From positions 1 through 31,356 of the forward strand of contig JAZNVY010000112.1 of NCBI GenBank assembly GCA_045593105.1: a stretch of 31,356 bases of DNA. Direction: 5' to 3'. The position numbers and the translations under genes are program-made. Every line of letters starts with the position of its first letter. The stretch's first letter is position 1. Of the stretch, positions 25,358-31,356 are shown one piece after another. Source of the stretch: Eubacteriales bacterium (GTDB taxonomy: Bacteria > Bacillota > Clostridia > Oscillospirales > QAKW01). The notes beneath the pieces were generated by a model. That model searched no databases. It was not told the DNA's origin and worked only from the letters and a program-made list of their open reading frames with translations.

Positions 25358-27526
25358 ATGGTTAAAATTCATCATCAGTTGGATCGTTTCCAGCAGTTTG
25401 TCACAGTGGGGTTTTATAATGTTTTAAAGATCATCTTATCACTGTTGATCGGTTTTTTGATTGCAAAGTGCGAGATTTTCGAGAACTTCTCCCCTTTTTC
25501 TCTCATACTGCTTTCTGTAAGCGGCGGTATTGGTTTGATGCCAACGTTTTGTTATATGGGAAGCGCGCTTGGTGTGATTACCGGTGTTTTTTCTCTGGCT
25601 GTATTTAAATATATAACAGCATTAACGATGATCTATATCGTCCATATGGTTTTTCGAAAGTCATTGCACGTTATCAAAAATGATACCGCAATTCTATCGG
25701 CGGCTTCTTGCTTTATTTCCGGTTTCATGTTTTTGATGATCGATCAATTAACGCTTTTTAACGTTTTGGTTTTACTGGGGGAAAGCGTATTGATTTGTTG
25801 CTGCATTTATTTTATTAACTATGCAGTGCGTGGTTTTCGCCAATCCTGCCTGCTATCTTCCCGCGAACTGATCGCCGCAGTTATCACGTTAGTCTTGGTT
25901 ATCATAACTCTTCATAACGTTTATGTCGTTTCAATGAGTGTGGCAAGAATAGTAGCATTATCGGTTTTGTTTTTTGCGATTTGTTGCCTAAAAAGTGGCC
26001 ATGCAGCGGTTTTGGGATCTTGCTTAGCAATTTTACTGGCGGCTGTAGGAAACGGTGGAGAGGCAGTGTTTACGGCTGTGGTGGTCGGCACCCTTGTTGG
26101 ATGTGTATTTTCGTCTTTTTCGGATCGAATGTCGCTAATTTCATTTGTAGTGGTTTATTACGCCGTATTGTTTTTCTTTGGTAAATTTCCTTGGAGCTAT
26201 TGGTACTTCGCGGAGCCTATGGTTGCTTATTCTTTGGTTTTCTTCGTTCCCAAGCAAAAGGTCCGTGATATTTTGTCCGCATATATTCCGGTTAAGAATT
26301 CCGGAAAAGTAAAAGACCACGATAAAAGTGCAAATAATATCATTCTTCAATGTCAAACAGAATGCCGCGAGATCTGCCCTCGGGCGGAAAAATGCTACGG
26401 TAAAAAACTTTTTGAATTGTCAGAGGGCTTGGAGGTGCTTACTGAGCGGTATATAAAGACTGAATCAATTGATCATCTCGAAGACGCCCTCCCCTTTTGC
26501 ATAAAGCCTCGAGCTATGTCTGCCATTGTAGAACGGCAATTAATACAATCCAATTCCCAAAACTATGAAGATCTGCTGGATCAATTAGAACAGATATCAC
26601 GACGAATCGAGCGAAAAATGGATGCAGCGGTACAAACGGTATCGTTTTTAAATGAAGAGGAAGAGAAAATCAAGGATTCTTTAGAAAAACGCAGGATTAC
26701 AGTAAATGATATTAATTTTATTATTGACGAACAAACTATTAAAAAATGTACGATTCAATTCACTCCGGCCGGTGATATTCTTTATGAAAAGATCGTTCGC
26801 GAAGTACTGTCGGGCTATTTTAAAAATGGTTTTTCTCTTAAAATCGATCCAATTGAAAGTGGTTATCTTGCGCAAATCAAGGAAAGTCAGTGCTATGAGA
26901 TTTCGTGCGCAGCGCTCTGTAAAACGCGCAGTGGTGAGCAAATCAGCGGCGACACTGCGCTGGGATTCTCAGCCGGAAAATACTATTATTTGATATTAGC
27001 TGATGGTATGGGAAGCGGTAAAGAAGCCGGTATGCAAAGCGGTGTGCTCATCGATACTTTAAGACGCTTGATTATCGGTGGTCTTTCGGTCGTACAAGCG
27101 TTAAATGCCTACCGTTCGGCATTGCGTCTTCGGCAATCAAATTATTTTACAACCGTCGATATTTGCTCAATGGATTTAGATACCGGAAACGTGGAGTTCT
27201 ATAAATCCGGGGCATATGACAGTTTCGTTCTTCGCCATGATACATTAAAAGTAATCCCAGGCGGAGGTGTTCCATTGGGGCTAAGTGATCACGATCGTTT
27301 GAATCACGTAAACCTCCAAGCAGAGGATGGAGATTGGCTGATTCTTGCCTCGGATGGTCTTTCAATTCTTCAAGAAAATCTGGAAACTATAATCCGTGAA
27401 AGCTGCAATAAAAATCCACGGAACTTCGCCAAGGCGATCTTAAGAAAGCATAGTGAGATCTGTAAATCCAATAATGGTGATGACGTTACGATCATGGTTT
27501 GCAAAATTTCCAAAAGTATTGCATAA
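25358..27526 (+). CDS. spoIIE: Stage II sporulation protein E (PP2C phosphatase)
   Basis: About 10 N-terminal TM segments, central C..C...C motif, PP2C motifs SGD, LADGMGSG, FTTVD, ASDG and DDVT. Confidence 0.85.
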   Translation: MVKIHHQLDRFQQFVTVGFYNVLKIILSLLIGFLIAKCEIFENFSPFSLILLSVSGGIGLMPTFCYMGSALGVITGVFSLAVFKYITALTMIYIVHMVFRKSLHVIKNDTAILSAASCFISGFMFLMIDQLTLFNVLVLLGESVLICCCIYFINYAVRGFRQSCLLSSRELIAAVITLVLVIITLHNVYVVSMSVARIVALSVLFFAICCLKSGHAAVLGSCLAILLAAVGNGGEAVFTAVVVGTLVGCVFSSFSDRMSLISFVVVYYAVLFFFGKFPWSYWYFAEPMVAYSLVFFVPKQKVRDILSAYIPVKNSGKVKDHDKSANNIILQCQTECREICPRAEKCYGKKLFELSEGLEVLTERYIKTESIDHLEDALPFCIKPRAMSAIVERQLIQSNSQNYEDLLDQLEQISRRIERKMDAAVQTVSFLNEEEEKIKDSLEKRRITVNDINFIIDEQTIKKCTIQFTPAGDILYEKIVREVLSGYFKNGFSLKIDPIESGYLAQIKESQCYEISCAALCKTRSGEQISGDTALGFSAGKYYYLILADGMGSGKEAGMQSGVLIDTLRRLIIGGLSVVQALNAYRSALRLRQSNYFTTVDICSMDLDTGNVEFYKSGAYDSFVLRHDTLKVIPGGGVPLGLSDHDRLNHVNLQAEDGDWLILASDGLSILQENLETIIRESCNKNPRNFAKAILRKHSEICKSNNGDDVTIMVCKISKSIA

Positions 27527-27565
27527 GATCCTTTTAAATCAAGATACTAATTTCGAGGTGTTGTT

Positions 27566-27817
27566 ATGATAAAAGGAGTCGGCAAGCAGATTGTTTTACT
27601 GAATAATACGGATAGCGATATCTTTGAACAAGCTATATTTATTCTTCGTTCCGGCGGTAAAATTCCATATAAAGACATGGTGAAAGAGTGTGAGAAAATG
27701 ATGAATAACCACATCAAAAACCGGCGTGGAAAGCCTGTTCGAAATTGGTGGAGAATCAGTTTTTTTCTACTATTAACTGCTTTTATGATCTTAAGCATTG
27801 TTTGTATCGTGAAATAA
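27566..27817 (+). CDS. Small conserved hypothetical membrane protein
   Basis: RBS GAGGTG; MIKGV.KQ....IFEQAIFIL start resembles a small conserved Clostridia family; C-terminal TM. Confidence 0.7.
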   Translation: MIKGVGKQIVLLNNTDSDIFEQAIFILRSGGKIPYKDMVKECEKMMNNHIKNRRGKPVRNWWRISFFLLLTAFMILSIVCIVK

Positions 27818-27848
27818 AAATGACGGTCTTTCGACCGTCATTTTGTTT
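27817..27848. terminator. Bidirectional terminator before ychF
   Basis: AAAATGACGGTC-TTTC-GACCGTCATTTT. Confidence 0.85.
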
Positions 27849-28942
27849 TAAACGTTGAATCGGAAAAGGACTACGTCTCCGTCTTTCATGACGTATTCTT
27901 TTCCTTCGCTGCGTACAAGGCCTTTTTCCTTGGCAGCAACCATAGAACCGCAGGCAACCAGATCGTCGTAAGAAACGATCTCGGCGCGTATGAAGCCGCG
28001 TTCAAAGTCGGTATGGATCTTACCGGCGGCCTGAGGCGCCTTTGTGCCGTTAGTGATGGTCCAGGCTTTTGTTTCCATCTCGCCGCTGGTAATATAACTA
28101 ATTAGTCCGAGCAGGCTATAGCAAGTGGAGATCATACGATCCAAGCCGCTATGCTCGAAGCCAAGTTCTGCCAAGAAGAGTTCTTTCTCTTCCTCGCTGA
28201 GCTCGCTGATTTCTTCCTCAAGACGCGCACAAATGACCAAAACTTCTGCATTTTCATGAGAAGCACGTTCCTGTACGGCAGAAATATACTCGTTGCTCAG
28301 CATTCCGTTTTTGAAATCCTCTTCGCATACGTTGGCGGCATAGATCACGGGTTTATTGGTGAGCAAAGAGACGGTTTTCATGATCTCTTGCTCATCTTCC
28401 GTAAAATCGATGGTATTGACAAACTTCTCTGCTTCTAAGGTTTCTTTGATCTTGTCAAAAAGTGCCACTTCGGCAAGATGCTTCTTATCCCCTTTTGCAA
28501 GCTTTGCGGCGCGGTCGCGCATTTTTTCCACCAGCTCAAGGTCGGAGAAAATCAGTTCCAAATTGATGGTGTCGATGTCGCGAATGGGGTCTACAGAGCC
28601 ATCCACATGGACGATATTGTCGTCGGCAAAGCAACGGACGACGTGGACGATTGCATCCACTTCCCGGATGTTTCCGAGAAACTTATTTCCAAGACCTTCG
28701 CCTTTGGATGCACCTTTTACCAGACCAGCGATATCCACGAATTCAATGACGGCCGGGACGATTTTTTTGGAATTGTTCATCTCACCCAAAACGTCCAGAC
28801 GTTTATCGGGAACACAGACAACGCCCACGTTCGGATCGATCGTGCAAAACGGATAGTTTGCAGACTGTGCCTTCGCATTCGTGATGGCGTTAAATAATGT
28901 ACTTTTTCCTACGTTGGGTAATCCCACAATGCCTAATTTCAT
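27848..28942 (-). CDS. ychF: Redox-regulated ATPase YchF
   Basis: GIVGLPNVGKSTLFN, NYPFCTIDPN, DIAGLV and QAAGKIHTDFERGFIRAE motifs; ends FRFNV. Confidence 0.97.
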   Translation of the reverse strand: MKLGIVGLPNVGKSTLFNAITNAKAQSANYPFCTIDPNVGVVCVPDKRLDVLGEMNNSKKIVPAVIEFVDIAGLVKGASKGEGLGNKFLGNIREVDAIVHVVRCFADDNIVHVDGSVDPIRDIDTINLELIFSDLELVEKMRDRAAKLAKGDKKHLAEVALFDKIKETLEAEKFVNTIDFTEDEQEIMKTVSLLTNKPVIYAANVCEEDFKNGMLSNEYISAVQERASHENAEVLVICARLEEEISELSEEEKELFLAELGFEHSGLDRMISTCYSLLGLISYITSGEMETKAWTITNGTKAPQAAGKIHTDFERGFIRAEIVSYDDLVACGSMVAAKEKGLVRSEGKEYVMKDGDVVLFRFNV

Positions 28943-28961
28943 TTCTTTACCTCGCTTGATA

Positions 28962-30551
28962 TTAATTATTCAATAATGAGTAGAGTTCCTCACGCATCTT
29001 TAAAAAATCATCTGCGTCAATCGTGTTATTCTGGATGGTGAGTTTATACTTCTTTTCGATCCGTGATACAACCCGTTCTTTTGGGATAGTATTCGCTATT
29101 TGTTTTAAGGCGGCAATATCCTGCAATGCAAAATGCAGTTGTTTCAACCGTATAGAAGGAATCGGTCCGTCAATTGCCGGATAAACCAAAAATCCAAGAC
29201 CTGAAGGCAGGGCGTTATGATTCGATGTGTCGAACGTCACCTCATGACCCTGGCATTCTTGAGAAAAGTAATTATTGAACCATAGATTGAAAAGAGAAAC
29301 GAATATATTGCAGTAACTTATGGCACCGAAGGCGCGGATACGCATTGAAGGTGCCGCAATTAACGTGTTGATTATGGACTTTGAAGAAAGATTGTCCATA
29401 TAAAGATGCCGGTTGATTTGGAAATCAAAAAATCTTTCGGGCTCGGCGGTAGAAAAGAATGGCGCACTGCCGATTTCCAATTCTACAAATTCGGGCGAAA
29501 CCTTCGTATCAGCAATTTGGTGCGCGCGGATGATCTGTTTAATGAGTGCACGACATTGCATATAGCTTTCTGCATTCTCTGTTTCCGGAGCATGAGAAAA
29601 CTGAAAGGTGACGTCATCATGCGCTCCGATCAATTTCAAATGTTTGAGTAGCTCACGCATGAATTTACGAATAAAAGTGGAAAATTCCGGAGAAAGCACG
29701 TCGGATTGCGCGTCGAACACATCCTGCTCGATCCATTCATTCGTCATTTTGAGCTTTGGACATTCCAAGGTTTTTAGCGAAGGAATGATTGGTGGAAACG
29801 TAAATTTATGAATGCCGCTTTTTCTGGCGATACAAATCCAGCTATCCAAAAGATCAAAATTGAACTCATAAGATAGATTATTCTTTGTGATTTGAACCAA
29901 TTGGATCTGTTCGTCACACGAAGGAAATTCATCATAAACCGGTGGATAGATCGGCGTCAGAACGTGCGTAACGCCGTGATCGGCCGCAATTTTAAAATAC
30001 CTTTCGAGTAATTTCCAGTGGAACTCAGAAAATAACGTTGTTTTATATGCTTTGGCAATACTGCAGGGGTCAATATATTGGCAATTCACAAAGCTGCTTG
30101 CTGGAATTCTGTACGGCAACACACGCAGTACGAACCGAGAACGGTATTCCTTATCAAGATAAAGATCGATATAATGGTCACCCGGAAAAGTTGCCGTTAC
30201 ACTGACCCACAAAACACAGATATTTTTGTTAATATTCAATGTCGGTTTGCGCCCTAAAGGTATCAGTGCGTCCGGAAGAAGCGTCGGTGTATCTGCAAGA
30301 TAGCGGTTTTTGGCATCGTCGTCGTAATGCGGCCAAGTCACCGGAACTTGCTTCACCTCAAAAAGTCTGGCATCATCGGAGCACTGCAATTCAAGGGAAA
30401 CGGATTGAGTTACGGCATCGTCACTATAAAGAACGATTTGATAAGCAAATTCCTCGTTGACGAGAGCACTGGCAGATTCATAATTTGGTTTAAATTCCCG
30501 CGTATCTGCTTTGATTTTTTCGAGACAGGATTGTTGAATAACGTGAATCAT
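28962..30551 (-). CDS. DUF4091 / GH123-like domain protein
   Basis: PDAL.P, LWV, FSEFHW, G.T..LTP..P.., W..FDF..LD.WI, G..FLVYP and SIR...ALQD motifs as remembered for this family. Confidence 0.65.
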   Translation of the reverse strand: MIHVIQQSCLEKIKADTREFKPNYESASALVNEEFAYQIVLYSDDAVTQSVSLELQCSDDARLFEVKQVPVTWPHYDDDAKNRYLADTPTLLPDALIPLGRKPTLNINKNICVLWVSVTATFPGDHYIDLYLDKEYRSRFVLRVLPYRIPASSFVNCQYIDPCSIAKAYKTTLFSEFHWKLLERYFKIAADHGVTHVLTPIYPPVYDEFPSCDEQIQLVQITKNNLSYEFNFDLLDSWICIARKSGIHKFTFPPIIPSLKTLECPKLKMTNEWIEQDVFDAQSDVLSPEFSTFIRKFMRELLKHLKLIGAHDDVTFQFSHAPETENAESYMQCRALIKQIIRAHQIADTKVSPEFVELEIGSAPFFSTAEPERFFDFQINRHLYMDNLSSKSIINTLIAAPSMRIRAFGAISYCNIFVSLFNLWFNNYFSQECQGHEVTFDTSNHNALPSGLGFLVYPAIDGPIPSIRLKQLHFALQDIAALKQIANTIPKERVVSRIEKKYKLTIQNNTIDADDFLKMREELYSLLNN

Positions 30552-30557
30552 AAGTTG

Positions 30558-31320
30558 TTACGCCCAAAGTCCCTGGTTTTTCAGAGAACGAATGGTTTTG
30601 TTGTGATCTGCAAGTGTAACGTTGAAATAGAATTTTCCGTTCTTATCGGTCACGAAATAAAAATAATTCGTTTCGCTTGGATTTAACACGGCATTTATTG
30701 CATCGATCCCCGGACAATTGGTGGGCCCCACCGGCAATCCAATGCATTTATAGGTGCTGTATGCCTTTCCCATGGCATCTGTATAGTGGGGCAACGCCTT
30801 GAGATCATCAGCATAGAACATTGTGGGATCGGATTGAAGCATCCGCATATCACTGGAATTCAGCCGGTTCCAAAAGACGGATGACACACCGCTCATGGAC
30901 TCTTCGCCAAATGCCTCGGCTTGAATTACGGAAGCAAAAGACAAAAGTTCGTTGACGGAAAGCCCTACTTTTTGGGCTTTTTCAATCAGCTCTTCCGTGA
31001 TGTATTCGGAAAAAGTACGCAGCATTTTCTCCACGATCTGATGCGGAGTGACCGTATCGGCTCTGAATTCATAGGTGGCCGGAAAAAGATATCCCTCCAG
31101 TTTATAACCGATCAGTTTCTGGTCTCTTTTCTTGAGATCCTCCATGAACGGAAAATCATAATCATAACTGTCGGCAGCCTCTAAAAACTCTTTGGCTGTG
31201 CAAAGACCGCTTGCTTCGATGATTTCGGCGATTTCACTTACGGTCTTTCCTTCGGGAACTACAAATTTCACATAATCAAGCTTTACATCCGGTTTCATTA
31301 AAGCCTTGCATAATTCATCG
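30558..31320 (-). CDS. mltG: Endolytic transglycosylase MltG, 5'-truncated at the contig end
   Basis: V.F..PEG, LEGYLFPATY, ASVIQAEA, LQSDPT, YSTYK..GLP.GP..CPG and YFYFV motifs. The N-terminal TM part is replaced by adapter sequence. Confidence 0.92.
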
Positions 31321-31356
31321 AAGTCGGAGGCCAAGCGGTCTTAGGAAGACAACAGG
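31321..31356 (+). other. Untrimmed MGI/BGI (DNBSEQ) sequencing adapter, an artefact
   Basis: 31321-31352 = AAGTCGGAGGCCAAGCGGTCTTAGGAAGACAA, the standard MGI adapter, followed by 4 nt of presumed barcode. Confidence 0.97.

Noticed and set aside
4323-31184. Numerous 60-180 aa ORFs antisense or out of frame to clear genes (e.g. 12701-13234, 19155-19688, 21802-22311, 28356-28856)
   Set aside because: Fully overlap well-supported genes and lack family motifs and SDs; shadow ORFs.
31321-31343. mltG pseudogene or alternative TTG start
   Set aside because: Both the start and the upstream stop lie in sequencing adapter.
1-31356. CRISPR arrays, tRNA/rRNA genes, IS elements
   Set aside because: No regularly spaced repeats, cloverleaf or rRNA signatures, or transposase motifs seen by eye.

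Overview
This window comes from a spore-forming Clostridia-type genome (Oscillospiraceae/Ruminococcaceae-like gene set: sigK, spoIIE, cwlD, ytvI), with three parts. (1) ~1-4150 is a compact, AT-rich, minus-strand gene cluster that reads as a filamentous-phage (inovirus-like) prophage. In order it carries a pMV158-family HUH Rep, an ssDNA-binding-like protein, a 60-aa major-coat-like protein, an attenuator hairpin, a 326-aa secreted and anchored pIII-like protein, five tiny membrane proteins (four of them missed by the ORF track) and a Zot/pI-like ATPase. A hairpin-rich intergenic region and the tail of a convergent XRE repressor follow. No integrase or att site is visible in the window. (2) Host housekeeping and sporulation genes. 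(3) An ~12-kb cell-surface polysaccharide operon (GT2, VioA-like aminotransferase, IspD-like protein + SDR, GT2-TagF fusion, ATP-grasp-HAD fusion, wzm/wzt, rmlA, rmlB, araD). It points to a teichoic-acid-like alditol-phosphate polymer with a modified 4-amino sugar. The last 36 nt are an untrimmed MGI/BGI sequencing adapter that truncates mltG, so the right end is an assembly artefact. All family assignments rest on motif recognition by eye; no database searches were run.
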